Shown: positions 25,101-38,419 of the stretch, piece by piece
How the letters are laid out: the number at the start of each line of letters is the position of its first letter
Numbering within the stretch: the first letter of the stretch is position 1
Position numbers and translations under genes: made by a program
DNA from: Psammoneis japonica
Taxonomy: Eukaryota
DNA: 64,000 nt
NCBI GenBank assembly: GCA_008632985.1
Contig: QPGO01000166.1
Coordinates: 62,001-126,000, forward strand
Direction: 5' to 3'
The notes under the pieces: model-generated
The model's database searches: none
The model's input: only the letters and a program-made list of their open reading frames with translations
What the model was told of the DNA's origin: nothing

Positions 25101-25500
25101 CGAATTGAACATTTTTCTGACGTCCGATGCACGCACGGCAATGGAGTGACACTCCAATCTTGATTTTTCTGTCGGCTCGGACAATGGTGTAGATGCCCAT
25201 CTCATCATCTGCCAAGGAGACTGGCTGCCACCATTTCTCATGAAGGTTTCCCTTGTTGTTCTTGCACTCTTGTCGCAAATGTTGTGTCAAGTGTTGTTTG
25301 AGTCATTTGGTTTTGTCGGTCTTCATTGATGTCGATCCGTCGCTGCACAGGGCATCACGGGTCGCAAGTCGAAGCCGTTTGGACAAATCTTCAACCGCAT
25401 CGTTCAGCTGCTTGCAGGTCTTGGGAGTCTCAAGAGAGCACTTCTTTCCTTCCCATTTGATCTCTGGTTTCATCTTTGCCATCTTGGAGTTGGCAGCAGC
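22163..25500 (-). pseudogene. long eroding gene of unknown function: intact 783-aa ORF (22163-24514) plus upstream broken ORFs; C-terminal tandem repeats and acidic tail
   Basis: Collinear minus-strand ORFs 25303-25734, 24967-25290, 24758-25141 and 24521-24757 separated by TGA stops and frameshifts. Tyr is scarce and Cys/His high in the 5' part. Repeats xxSGLAKPTVASSVDTVE. Confidence 0.55.
22395..22720. repeat. ~117-120-bp intragenic tandem repeat (~3 units)
   Basis: acggtatcgacggaactagcaacggt(a/g)ggctttgccaagcctgat recurs at ~22470, ~22581 and ~22683. Confidence 0.9.
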
Positions 25501-26520
25501 GGCGAGATTGTGCGGCGCAATGAAGGCATGGTGCGGAGTGTTCGATGCAGAGCGCATGGCATTGTCAACTTGGAAGCACCTTTTGAGGTGTGACAACGTC
25601 TGCTTTGACACCAAGAACTCCACAAAGCAGCCAGACGAAATGTGACAAAAATCAACAAACTGGCAAAGCACACGAAGCGTCACGGTTCTTTGCTCACCTC
25701 GCTGCAATTGTGGCAGTGGTGATGGCCGCGGCAAACAAGAATTGTGAGCTCGAGGTGCAGGAGCACAAGCAATCAGACATTTGGTCTACAGAGTCGCGAC
25801 GGCTCTCCACAAAAGAGAGCAAAGAGACGATTCGACCTGTGGAAAGCAGGTGGAAGCACAGTGTGGTTGTCAGTGGTGTTCCATGAGATGCCACGGTGCG
25901 ACGATTGCGGCATTTTCGGTTTGCCTGCTGAGATGCTTTGATTGCTGTGGCGGACGACAACATGCACGGGCAAATGGCGACAGCAACAACAAGCATGGAG
26001 GCAAGAGGAAGAAGCGTGATGACATTGAATTTGTGTGGCAGCAAGTGCGTGATGGAAGTGCACAGCGATCTGTGTGTCAAACTGTGCAACGGCCCAAAAA
26101 CGCAACACGAACGGCGAGCGAAGACGCCATGACCATACGACACATGTTGCAACACACGTCAACAGTGTGTCTCTTTAGTGGCGAACAAACGAGCGTCATG
26201 GTTGATGCGTCATGGTGCTTTCGTTCCTTGCCTTTTGTTGATTGTGGCGAGTGTGCGAAAAAAATGCCAGAACGGTGACCGCGCTGAGGTGCGCGAGCCG
26301 CAGATTTCTGCACAACCACAATAAAAAACATTTCCTGCCAAATGAGGGCATGCTGGGATGAGGGCCAATGTGGTCCCAAACCCCCATTTTCTTTTTTATG
26401 AAACAGCGTTTCTGGCCGACTGCTGTGATGCAACATCACACCAATGCAAAATTCTGGCTGTGGGTTGGACAACTGAGATTACCATCTGAGCCGTGGTCGC
26501 AATTGTCAAAAGCTTTTTAT

Positions 26521-26643
26521 CCACTGAGGAGCTCCCGACTGTGGAACGACACTGGTGAAATGATTGCCAGGAAAACTGACTGTGTTTCTGCTTGCAAGTC
26601 TTTGAGCACAGTTGTGTGATGGAATTGCAGTGTTGACCCGCCA
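26521..26643. repeat. tRNA-Phe 5' flank, copy B (mutated)
   Basis: Aligns to 20655-20777 with all TA sites changed. Confidence 0.9.
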
Positions 26644-26688
26644 AGCCCCAAGCTGTTGTGCCATTTGAGCTGTTCACACAAAAACACA

Positions 26689-27500
26689 GTGAGCGAAACT
26701 CAGGGCCTTCAGATCTTCAGTCTGATGTTCTCCCAAACTGCTGGGCCATCAAAGCTGCTAAACTGACGCTGTTTAGATTGTTTGTGCCATGCAGCACTCT
26801 CCGTGCATTTGCTGCCAAGGCAACAACTTCTTGCACCACACTTTTCAAAGTTTTTTCTGATGCTCTCCCAAGTGGAGCTGTCAAAGTCACCAAGCTGTTG
26901 CCACTGAGCTGCCCACACAAAAACAGCAAGCCAGGCACAGGGTTTTCAGATCTCTGCAGTCTGACACTCTCCTGAACTGAGCCATCAAAGCCATGTTCAG
27001 CAGCTCAGTTTGAGAGAGCACCAGACTGAAGATCGGAGCACCCTGCACTTCTTGATTGGCAACCCATTGTGTGTGACGTGTTCATTTTAAATGGCAGTGC
27101 TGAAGCAGCTTTTAACAGCTCAGTTCAGGAGAGCATCAGGCTGAAGATCTGAAGGCAACATGTTTGATTTGTGGTCTCTCACATGAACATTTTTAATGGC
27201 AAGCTCTCACCAGCTTCGACAGCTCAATTTGGGAGAGCAGTGGACTAAAGATTTCAAGGCCCCATGTTTGATTCATGGTCTCTTGTGTTTGAGAGCATCA
27301 TGCCAAAAATCTGAAAGCTCTGTGCTCAATTCACAGCATTCAATGGAGACATTTTAAATGCCAAATGCCCAGCAGCTTCAGCATCTCAGTTTGGGAGAGT
27401 GTCAAACTGAAGCTTGACTTGTGCTGCATTTGATGTGAAAGCACTTTAAATGGCAAGCACCCAGAGCTTCTACAGCTCAATGTTTGGGAGAGCACCAGCT
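26689..27500. pseudogene. cluster of ~8 degenerate tRNA-Phe copies (2 on -, ~6 on +)
   Basis: Recognisable pieces such as gccttcagatcttcagtctga (-), cagctcagtt..gagagc..cagactgaagatc (+) and ggccccatgtttgattcatggtc; recurrent spacer ttttaaatggca. Confidence 0.85.
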
Positions 27501-30500
27501 CTTGGCTCACAGCACTTTGTGTGAACTTTTAAATTGGCAAGCACCTGGAGTGCAAGTCTGCCATTCAAAATGTTTGCATGACAAAACAACAATGAAGAGG
27601 ACACTCATTGTTTGACATTGAGGTGTGCTGCTGCAGAGAACAGAAGATTTGCAAGGAAAAAAGCCAGATGAAACTCAGCATCAGAATGAACAAAGTTGGA
27701 AGAGTTGGTGTGAACCAGATGACAAACCCAGAGTCAGCAGGGCACTTGCTGGAACACACTGTGCCAGTGTCGCCACCCAGCCTTTGTGCAAAAGGCAGTC
27801 TTGCAATTTTGGGGCACTTTGACATGGGGAAGTTTAAAAAACTTTGTCGAGCTTTTCCAGAGACAGTTTGCCATGCAAAACAAGGCAGGAATGAAGTTGT
27901 CAATGCATGCTCATCTTTCAAAATGTGCCCGCTGGGTGCAAGAGCAAGCTGATCTTGCTGAAGTGCAAAATGTGCCCGCTGGGTGCAAGAGCAAGCTGAG
28001 ATCATGCTGAAGTGATGGGGGTGACTTTAAGGTTTTGAAGAACAAGACAGATCATCCGCAAGATCTTCAGTGTCCACAGCTGAAGCCAACAACAATTGAT
28101 TGCCACGCCCACCCCAGTGTTGCATTTGATGACATTTGCCAGTGCATGGCACAACTTCTCCACTGGAGATGTCTGGCAAGCCACTGCTCACTCAGGCAAG
28201 CACTCACTTTGTCATGTTTGTTGCTGCTCAGCCATTTCCATGACTGACCTCTCACTCTCTCCCATTGTTGTCAGCAAGTGGGCCTGTTGCACACAGCTGC
28301 AAAATGTGTTTGACACCAGGTTCACATCTTGTGGCTCAGGAAATGAGTTTGTTGAGCTTGGAGCTTTGGACATGCATGATGTGCTTGAGCTCTCATGTGT
28401 GATTGGACTGTGCAGTGCAGCAAGGAAAGGAAAGGCATGCATCACAGTGCTGCTGTGCTTGGCATGATTCCATCATCTGCAGCAGAAAATGCACCACCAA
28501 TGTTTTGCAACAAGTTTGTCCTTGCATTGTGCAGCGCCATCCTGTGTCACCATGACTCAGCAAAAATGGAATTTTGTGACACCAAAGATCCACTTTGTGG
28601 GCAGGGACAGCCAGACAAGTGTTCCAGGGAAGCAAGAAAGCCACTCCAACAGTGCCTTGATGATGTGCCTGACAACCTTGGAAAAACAGCAGAGTCAAGG
28701 TCTCCATTCCTCTTTGGAGGGCAGCTGTGACTTAGACAAAATCAACAACCATGCAGTGACAACAGTCCAGAAGAGCTGATCTCTTGGTGAAATGATGAAA
28801 AAGACAACAAAGATTGTGACAGCAGCAATGATGACAACAACAACCCACTGCACCCCTTGATTCTGCCAGCAGCTTGCTCACCAAACACAGGGCCAATTTG
28901 GCACCATCTAGATCTCCCCAATGACAGCTGCAAGAAGAAGTGTTGTCAAATTGCTGCTCACAAATGTTGCATTGAAGACTGGAGCCAAATTTTGAACAAG
29001 AAAGAAAACCTGACAAAGTTGAGGCATGTGGAGTCCCAGCACAGAACGCCGCAGCTTGCTGCCCAATCAATCACAAAAAAACCAGACCCTTGCACTGTGG
29101 CTCAAATTCAATCATTCATTCACAGCAGACACAGCTTCAAAGCTGGAAACAATGAAGCCAGCCTTTGACTTGTTGTCTCTTCATCTGGGTTTTGTGTGGG
29201 AACAATGAAGGGAAGAGATCAACTCCAATGTCTTGCTGGTGTCTCTCACATGTTTGTTCTGCTCTGTGACAAGTTTGCCGTCTCATGAAAGAGAGGTGTC
29301 ATGAGAACTTGGCACTTTCTTTGTGTCAGAAGCCACTGGAACTTGCTTGCTTGCACAGCAGCCCACCTCTTGGAAGAGTGCCTGGTGAACAGATGCAAGA
29401 ACAAATTGACAAAATGAGTGCTTCAAGTTGTCTCTGCTAATTTGATGGCAGTTCTTGCTGTGATGATGAAGGGCCTTAAAAATTGAGGTGACTTGACTTT
29501 GCAGACACAGTGGTTGGACCACTGTTCTTGTCAGCAAGTGGAGCAAACTTCACATCAAGGGGGAGGCAGGGAGATGAGTCTTTGGGAAGGAAAACATCTT
29601 TGTCTGTGACTGGCATGAGATGACAGAGCAGGGTGCAAGTGAAAGGATTGGGGCCCATCAAACGTGACTCCATTTGCTGCAAAATGCAGCACTCTCATGA
29701 GTGGCCTGCCAACCCAGAATGTGTGGCATGTGGGCACTTGCACAAAGGCAGAAACAGACTCCTGCAAGAACTTGGCAATGGACAAGGTCAACGTCAACAT
29801 TTTTTAAAAATTGCATGAAGGACATTTGCAAAAATGGGAGATTGCACATCAAAGCATCTTGCAACTGGATCAGCTGCCAAAGGGGCACAGCAGACAAGAG
29901 GAGAAAGGAGTGGTGTCAACAAAAGCTTTTGTGCATGCTTTGTGATGACCAGCTGGGTTCTGCGCCAACACGAGGCACTGAGAAACAAAATCGCACCAGC
30001 GGAAAAATCATCATGCAATGAAGTTTTTTGCTGTTGACTGGCAGTGGGATTTGGAGGAGCACATGCTTCCACAACAAGCAGGAGCAGATGGAGAGGAGCT
30101 GACATGCACTGGCTGCAATTGGAATGGCAGACCTTTTCTTGAGCTTTGTCAAAGAGTTTGTGCCACTGCCAGGACGTGCTTTTGTGAAGCTGTGGTGTGT
30201 CAAAACTGGGGGAGCAAAAAAGCCAACCAAACTCACTGGCACCAAATGTGTGAAAAAAAAAAAAACAGCACAAATGCAGCTGTCGCATTTCTTCAACAAT
30301 GTCCACCATGTGTGCAATCACACAGAACAACAAGCAACAAACACTCCCTGGATCAGCAACCCCATCAGTGCAATTGCTGTGTTCATGCCCATTTCAGCAG
30401 CACAAGCTCTTGTGGACATGTGCATTGATGAGCTGTCAAAGCAAACATCTTTTTCAAAACAATTTCAGTGTTTGCAGTGCAGCACAATGTTTGTTTTAGC

Positions 30501-33500
30501 TGGGCCAGCACAAGTGTGGAAAAACCTGCTGCCAATGAACTTGGGGCCCTGCACAAGGGATCACACAAGTCTTCCACAATCAAAAGATGCACAAGTCAGC
30601 TGTGCAAACAAAGTTGCCAATGCAAACTTGATGGAAAAGAGTGGAAAAGTGGTGGAGTGACTGGCCTGGCATGCACAGCACAAAAAGCCAAAGTTGGCCA
30701 TGCATGGGGGTTCTTTCAAATTGAATCATCAGCCCACTCCATGGAAGGAACTTCATTTGCACCAGAGGCATGTGCACCAAAATCAATGCAAGCACCTCTC
30801 ATCATTCTTTTCCACAGGACACCACCACATTGTGCCACAACAGTTGCACAAAAATGAGCAGCGGCCATGACAGCTGCACTCCATCCCCAGGCGGAACTCT
30901 GTGTGACATTGGCCCCACAAAATTCTGTGTGAGAGCTCTGCAGCAAAGTTGTCAGGCAATGAAGTGCATGTGATTGCCAGGCTTTTCAGGCAAACACAAA
31001 TGAACATGTGTTTTGTCTCAGTTGAGCTGGCGTGAGTGTGGGCAAAGCTGCCGTCAATGAACTTGGGGCCCCACAACGGATCACAAAAGTCATCTCTCAA
31101 TCAAGGTGCACAAGTCAGCTGCACAGCTGAGCTGAAGATTGCTTCGACACTTTCCTGGGCTCCTTTTGTGCTGCAGGCAACATGTGCACATTTTTTGCCC
31201 TTCTGCTGTGTTGCTTCTGATGAGCTTCTGCCAGAGCCAGTGCCTGGGGGGGGGGGGGGGGGCATTGTCCACTCAATGTCTCCTGCAGCCAGTGCTCCTT
31301 GGGTCTGTGCTGTGGCTGGAGAAAGTGGCTTTTGAGACTGCACCAGGTGTGCAGCCTCTTGGAGCATGGGCTGCTGGGTGCCAGCTCTTGTCAAGCACTG
31401 CTGCTGCAGCAAAGCACTTTTGCAATGGATGCCCAGCTGCACCCATTTTCTCTCTTTGTTTTCTTTGGAGCACAGGGCAGTTGTCAACTTTTCTCAAAAG
31501 CTGTGCTGCAAATGACACAAAACACACCCAAATCAGCATCTCTGAAAATGCCCGCTGTTTTCTGGTGCTGGGTGGAGCAAGATGATGTGATGTGCAACAA
31601 ACATTTCCCAAGCTTGGGGGGTGCTTTCAATGCTGTTCAGTGGCTTTTGCAACTTTGGACAAAGCCCAAAAAGAAGCAGGTGCCATGCACCACTGTCAGA
31701 GCTTCAAAGCTTGAAAGAGCGGGGGGGGGGGGGGGTGTTCTTTGTGTGACCATGCTTTGCTTTTTTTTTGTTTTTGCTTGTGAAAAGGAGTTTGCACAAA
31801 AAACCTGTCTGTTGGGTCATGTCTTTTGTTCTGTGCAAAAGCCACCCAAAGCAGCCAATCTTGCCAGCAGCAGTTGCCTGCGTTGTGAAATTCTTCTAGA
31901 CCAGAGGCATCTAAGGTCAAATGTGCTCTTTCTCAGCTCAGGTTTGAAAAAATGCAACAGCCAATTTCCACAATCTGAGCTGGAAACATGGCATTTTTGT
32001 GTGCAAGCAAACATTGTTCCAACACCACAGACAGAGAACAAAAAGAAGAGTGGATGGTCACCAGTGTGAGACACATGGCCCAATGCACCTGGTGATCTCT
32101 GAACCAGACCAACCCTGCACTTGTTTCTGAGCCAAAAACAGAAGATTTTTGCTTTCACAGCATGCGTGATCTCACTTGCTGCACCTCTTCACCTGCAGGC
32201 TTTGGCATCAAACACGCTGCATCTTTCTCTGCTGTCACAATGGACCACAACAAAATGCAGCAGCTTTGGGGTTTTTGATTGCAAGGAAGTGGTCAGCCCA
32301 AGATGAGGAAGAAGACAAGGAAAAATCTTTGTGCAAAGATTTTGCATGAAATCCCACATGGAACATGACATCAGCTGTGGCGCTGCATGTGCTTTTGGTG
32401 CGCGACCATCAGCAGAAGCCCCAAAAAGCACCGCCACATGCGTGGAACACAACTTGTCATGACAGCCATTGTCGACAATGGACAACATGGGCAGCAGCCA
32501 GAGAAAGCTCAAGGAGCTCCTCATTGACAAGTGCATCTGTTGAATGTCTCTTCTCTCAACTTGAGCTGGTTGTCGACTTGATTGGAGAGAACATGCTGGA
32601 AGAGAACATGGGAGCAAGTTGTCTCTTTGTCCTCAAGAATGTGATGCTCAACAGCAGCTGCCTTGCTTGTTGAGTGCAGTGTGTTGAAGTGTGTCATTGG
32701 CAGCTGCAGGCTCTAGACAAGTGGTCAACCACCAGCAGCAGATGAAAGGATCATGTCAGCTGTTGCTGCACAGCAAATCTCAACAATTGGTTTTTCCTTG
32801 TCTGGTTTCTTTTTCTTTCCTAATCTGAGGAAATTCAGGGTTGAGCAAGGAATTCCCTGCAATCAAAAACCCCAAGCAGCTTGTCTCCTCAAATTCTTCT
32901 GAGGTGGGTGCATCAACAGGGAAGAGTTTTGCCTGCTGTTGCCACAGCAGCAAGGGTCACCTCCACAAACTTCGCTGCAAGGCAAGCAGCTGACCCATTT
33001 CATGCATGACCCCACCCAACCCTGACATCATGCAAAAGGGCAAGAAAATCACAACAGCCCAAAACCACAAGATCAGCTCACAAAATTCCATTGTGACACA
33101 GGATCAGGTGACAAAATTCCATTGTGGCTGCTCAGTGCTTGTGTCAGGTGCCCTGCCAGACCTTGACAATCTTGGAGAGTGTGCGGCATCCTCCACCTCC
33201 ATCTTTCCATGACCACAGGTGACAGAAAAGGCCAAGGCAATGTGTGCCAACACATTGCAATGCTTGCTTGTCCAGCACATCTTGAGCGGTGTGGCGCACT
33301 GCAACAGCATGCCCCACCAGGGCTTGGTGATGAAAAAGCTTTTGTTTGTGAAGCAGCAAGTTGGAAGAGGAGGACATTCAAAAGACAGTCTCCAACACTG
33401 TCAATGTTGCAGAATTGCAGGAATGTGGTCAACAAGTGACAGCTGCCCAAGCAAGCAAGAGAGTGTGCACTGCACTTTTTTCCACAAAAAAGTTGCTGCC

Positions 33501-36500
33501 AAGCCTGCATTTTGTGATGTTCTCAACACAAACAATGAGCTCAAGTTTAGAAAGATGGCAAAAGACAATGATGTTCACCCCACCTTTAAAGCTCAACTGC
33601 CCTGCTGGTCATTGACACAAAGCAGCACAAGCTTGAAATGTGGATCTGGGCGTGCAAGGGGTGCAGCGTGATGAGATGAACTCTCCCTCTCTCTGTTCCA
33701 TGTCTTGACATGACTTGTAGCCCACAGTTGGTTGTGATGAGCTTGTGCAAAAAAAACGCATCTCATGTCAAGGTCAAAGCACTGTACATTGGTTTTGCAT
33801 GTGCAAAATTGTCAAACAGTTGTTGGTTTTGTGTGTGGGTGTCACAACTGAAAAGCAGCCACCACAAAAAATGCACTTGATTGCACAATTGCATGCTCCT
33901 TCTGCATGTCATGCTGACAGACTCTGCAGGTCAGTGTGAAGCAAGCACCAACTCACAAACTCAGCATGTTCCCTGGCCTGGCTGACGCTGGCTTCATTTG
34001 TCATTGCCCTCACATGCTTCAGTCTGGCACCCAGCTTCTTTCTTCAATTTTTCAGAAGAAGTTCCCTGGCTTGATGTGAAGCCTTCCAGCCCACCAGAGT
34101 CCTGCCATGTGGGGAGAACAAGCAAGAAAGGCATTGAGTGGCAAGAAGGTTGACCCAAAAGCTGTTCACCGGCACCTCTTCATTTTGGATCTCATGGTTG
34201 TTCAACTTGTTGTCTTCTGTGCAAGTTTTTGCTCTCATTGTGCAGCATTTGTGGCCATGTGGTGTGGTGGTGGTGGCTGCAGGGGTCAAGGCTGCAAAAG
34301 GGCTGTGTGAGCAAGAAATTGTGCAGGAGCACTGGTGTGCCATTCTGGAGTGCACTCACTGATGCACTGCAAAACACAAGCACTTGTGTGCAACTGCAAA
34401 GCCACAAAAACTCCACCCACCCAAATTGGAAGCACCAGCGCTGCTGAAAAACATGTGCACAACAAAAATGGCAGAAACAAGCAAGGCATTTCAGCTCTGT
34501 CCCCATGAGAGATGATTCTGTCAAGGGCCAAATGGTCAAAAGGCTGGGTGCTGCAAACTCACCAAGGAGAGCAAGGGTCTCTGAACAGCTGTGATGCTGA
34601 TGAAGCCATCATCATGCTTGGCAGCAACCGCGCCATTTGTGGTTGTGCTTGTGGGAGTGCAGCTTTCAGTGCATGTCATTTTTCCCAGTGAGTGCAGCAC
34701 TTTCTTGGGCAGCCAGCTGCGCTGTTCTTTTGACACAATCCTTGTTTGTCACTCAAAGTGTGAGTTTGCCTTTCTTTGCTTCTCATTTTGCTGCTCAGAT
34801 GGGTGGACAGCCACCCCAAACAGCAACAACTCAGAAGATGTTGCAGCTCAACAACAAGGAAAACAGTGCTTTGACAAGCTTGCAGCTTTGTTGCTGCAAA
34901 CATTCCAAAAAAGGCTGCATGTGCATGCATGGTGGGCAGTCAGAAACACACAGATGCAGCTTTCTGCTGGAAACAGAGCATCCCATTTTTTGGGTGTTAC
35001 ACATGCAGTTGTTGTCTTCAAAATTTTTAGATTGGAACAAATTTTTGAATGACAAACAAGCAGAAAGCTGACATTCTTTCAATGACAGAGCACTTTGTTT
35101 GTCAAATGAAGCACAACAGGACATGCTGCCATGAGTGGCTGTGTTGCCAAAAACCAGTGCTGGGCAAAATTGCATGTGAACAAAGTTTTGTTTGTTCATG
35201 CAAAAGAAGGCTTCCAGTTTGCACAATGGAGTGCTCAGGCTTGCATGTTGAGCAGTGCATTTTGTCTGTGCCTTGATGTGTGCACAGCCAGTGCAGCTGA
35301 ATGCAAAAGAAACAATGCAGTGCTGCTTTGCTGCTCTGCTTCATGAGATGGGCCAAGTGTTGTGCAATCAGCACAGGCACCCAACCCATCTCTAGAGCCA
35401 TTTTGTGGGTGGTTTTGTGAGTTCAAAATGTCTTGGCACACTGGAAAATGACACATTTTCTGTTTTGTGTGGCAGCATCTGCCACTTGCCCAGCACAATC
35501 AAAAACCTGCAGCAACCTCACTCCACACAAATTCACGCACTTTTTTGCCCTCACCTTTCCAATGAAAAATGCCGTCTCTTCAACTGTGCAGCACCTTTCA
35601 CAGCCAAGCCAGCACCAGCGTGCGCAGCAGCACAAGTTGCTTGTCAAAAGCAGTGCAGGAGGACACAACAAGACAAAGGCTGCATGCACAGATGTGAGAG
35701 CTTTTGAGCATGTCAGCAAAAAGCAGAAAAGCAGATAACAAAAAAAATGTGGCTTCCCAATCTCTGCCAAAGTTGACAACATTGTCTTTTTTGACCACTC
35801 AAATGACTTTGCAGTTGTCACACCCCTGGCAGCAATTGCCCCAGCATTTGTTTTTGGGTGGACCCCATGCCTTCTTGGGAAGTTGTTGCTCATGACCTTG
35901 TGACATTCCCAAAATCTAAACAGGAAAATGCAATCACCGAAACCTGTTGTTTTGGAACTCCTGGACATTTGCTGCAGTGTGTGTGTGGTGGCTGCCACCA
36001 GTCTCTGAGAAATGTTCAAGCTGAGTGGGTCCAACCAGACTCGCATTGTTGTTTCCACGGTCATTTGATGGAAACATTGCAAGTCAGATGCATTGAATTG
36101 CTTTCCACACCCCCAACCCACAAGAAGCCAGGATGAACATGGTTTTTGTCACTCTGACACCCCTTGCATTGTGTGCCCATGAGTTCTTGGCTCCATGCAT
36201 GACAGCAGCCAGCCACTGACTGAACCACACCGCAAAAGTCTCACTCCTGACTTTGATCAAAGCTGTTGTGCCCAGCTGGCTGCATCTCCAGCTTTGGTCT
36301 TTGATGAAGATCCTACTCTCTCTCTCTCGAACGAACAAAACTCTCTATATATATAGAGAGAGGAGAGCAGCTGCTGCCTTGAGTGCCTTGAGCTCCTTTA
36401 ATTTTCGCGATCGCATCATTGTTCGTTGGAGATCATCTAGACATTTTCTATTTTTCAGCTAAGTGGTCTAGAAAATGTTTCAATCTATCACCAGTTCTAT

Positions 36501-36540
36501 CATGCGCTACTCTACAGATGTTCACCGCACTCACAAGCCT

Positions 36541-38167
36541 TCAAGATTCAGAAGATGAATCATCACTGCTCTCTTCGGACGGTTCGTCGTCGGAAAAGTT
36601 TGCGTTAGTTTGCTCAAGCACAAGCTCTGTTTCGTGAACAGGGACGTTTTCAGCATCATCCGAGAGACAAGGATTCAATCTTGCGAGGCTTATCAACACC
36701 GCCTCTTCTGTTCGTATCGTCCTGCTACCTTGGAATGGGCAGGTGTTAACCCTGACAGAAACCAGAAAAAGGCAACGACCGAGTTAAGAAGCCAGCGCCA
36801 TTATGACCACACAGGTTCAAACCTGAAATTTAGTCAACACTAAGAACACTTACCAGAAGTCAAAGAGGCTGCAGCTCTGAGCTCCATGGAGCCTGATGCT
36901 TTCGTCAGCATCGACACATTCCTCAATGCCTGCAACCCCCCCAAACATTACAAGCGAATGTTTGTACGATGGAAGACGAAACCCTTTGTCGTCGACAGTT
37001 ACGGTTCCACGTTCACTTGTACCAATCTTCAGGTCATACCCACCCTCAAATGGACATTCATCAAAAACAGCACTAATGGAGCTCGCTAATCGAGTGACAT
37101 AGCCCCAATATGTACCATTGTCTTCCCTTGGAGCCGATGGAGCAACTACCGTGCCACGAATTCTGCCAGGGCTACTGTATACATTCTCGTCCAGTTGAAC
37201 CGTGCATCGGATTCCCGGAGTCAAAACGCGATCGATCCTTGATGGTAAAACAAGAAAGCACGAAGCAAGATGAAGCATCGATGGTTTAGTATTTGTCAGC
37301 ATGACGACGAACGACAACTAGAACCAGCACCCATATTGGCTCCACTTACTCAACCGGACGACCTCGAATCCCACAATTTACAAATGAACCACCATCCCGA
37401 TCGGTATTTTTCTTTTCAAGCACAACCCCTTCTCGGTATTTGCATTTCTCTTCTGCTCGAACGTGATGCGGTGCGTCGATCGGACACAGCAAGCCAGCAA
37501 ACTGAAGATCTGGGTGCATCGGAAAGAAGTGCCGACGAAGGTATTGAGGGCATTCGCAATATTGCAAAACTCGAGCCATGAAGGTGTGAGGATCTGAACG
37601 CGTTCGCTCAGATGATGCAGCTTTTTCATCACCATTTTCTTTCCCGGTTTCTTTGTTTTTCGGGTCTTCGCGGTGACTGCTACGTTTCTGATCATGATTC
37701 CTGTCTCGTCCAGCATTTTGACCCCGACGAAAGCCCCTATCTGGTTTCTCCTTTGCTAACTTGTCGTCAAAAACAATAATTTCATCGACATGATAAATAA
37801 CGGCGGCACGAGCAATCTGGCCAACTAACTGAGTACGTAGCTCTCTTGTTTGGCAGTTCGCCACGACACTTCCCGGCAATGCAATGCTCAGCGTCGAGAA
37901 ACGAGCTTGATTGCGACATGGAGCATTTTCCATAACCCGACCAAATCTGTGACTAGACGACTTGATCGCTTGAGATCCACCTTTATGTCCCATTTTCCCA
38001 TTCTTCGCTGTCTTCCTCTGTGAGGCCGATGTGATCTTTTCCTTCCGCGTCTCGTCAATGGTTGAGTTCTTTGATCGAGGCCGAACACCACCAGCCTCTT
38101 CTATTCGTTTTCTCTTGAGGCGTTTCGCCTCTTCCTTGCGTTTGCGCCGTGCATCTTTGTCTTCCAT
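36541..38167 (-). CDS. SPOUT1: SPOUT-family methyltransferase SPOUT1/C9orf114 (3 exons)
   Basis: STLSIALPGSVVAN, GQIARAAVIYHVDEIIVFDD, LQYCECPQYLRR, YWGYVTR, YDLKIGTSERG, FGGVAGIE, VNTCPFQGSRTIRTEEAVLISL. Confidence 0.93.
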
Positions 38168-38419
38168 GCTTTCGTAAAATCGGTGAAACGTTTGTTTATG
38201 CGAAAGGGTCGTCTTGTGGTGCAAAATCGTGAAGAAGATTGCGTTGATTTGACGGTATCGTCTTTTTCTCTTTTTGACGTATTGCTTGTGTGGTTTTGGC
38301 GGCAGTTCTGCCATACGGACGGACGGTCTCTGCTGGCTACCGGCAGGTGTGGACGGACTGCATGGCGGGCGCCGGCGGCGCGGGCGGCGGGCACAATGAT
38401 GTAACAGATAGACGCCCTC

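Larger units (their letters stand above)
26300..36310. other. TpA/CpG-depleted hypermutated block 2
   Basis: Same composition as block 1. Internal short duplications (27920-27999; 30532-30605 vs 31055-31125) and poly-G tracts at ~31245 and ~31722. Confidence 0.85.

Noticed and set aside
26990..27545. Repeat-spacer periodicity resembling a CRISPR array
   Set aside because: The units are degenerate tRNA-Phe copies; the context is eukaryotic and there are no cas genes.
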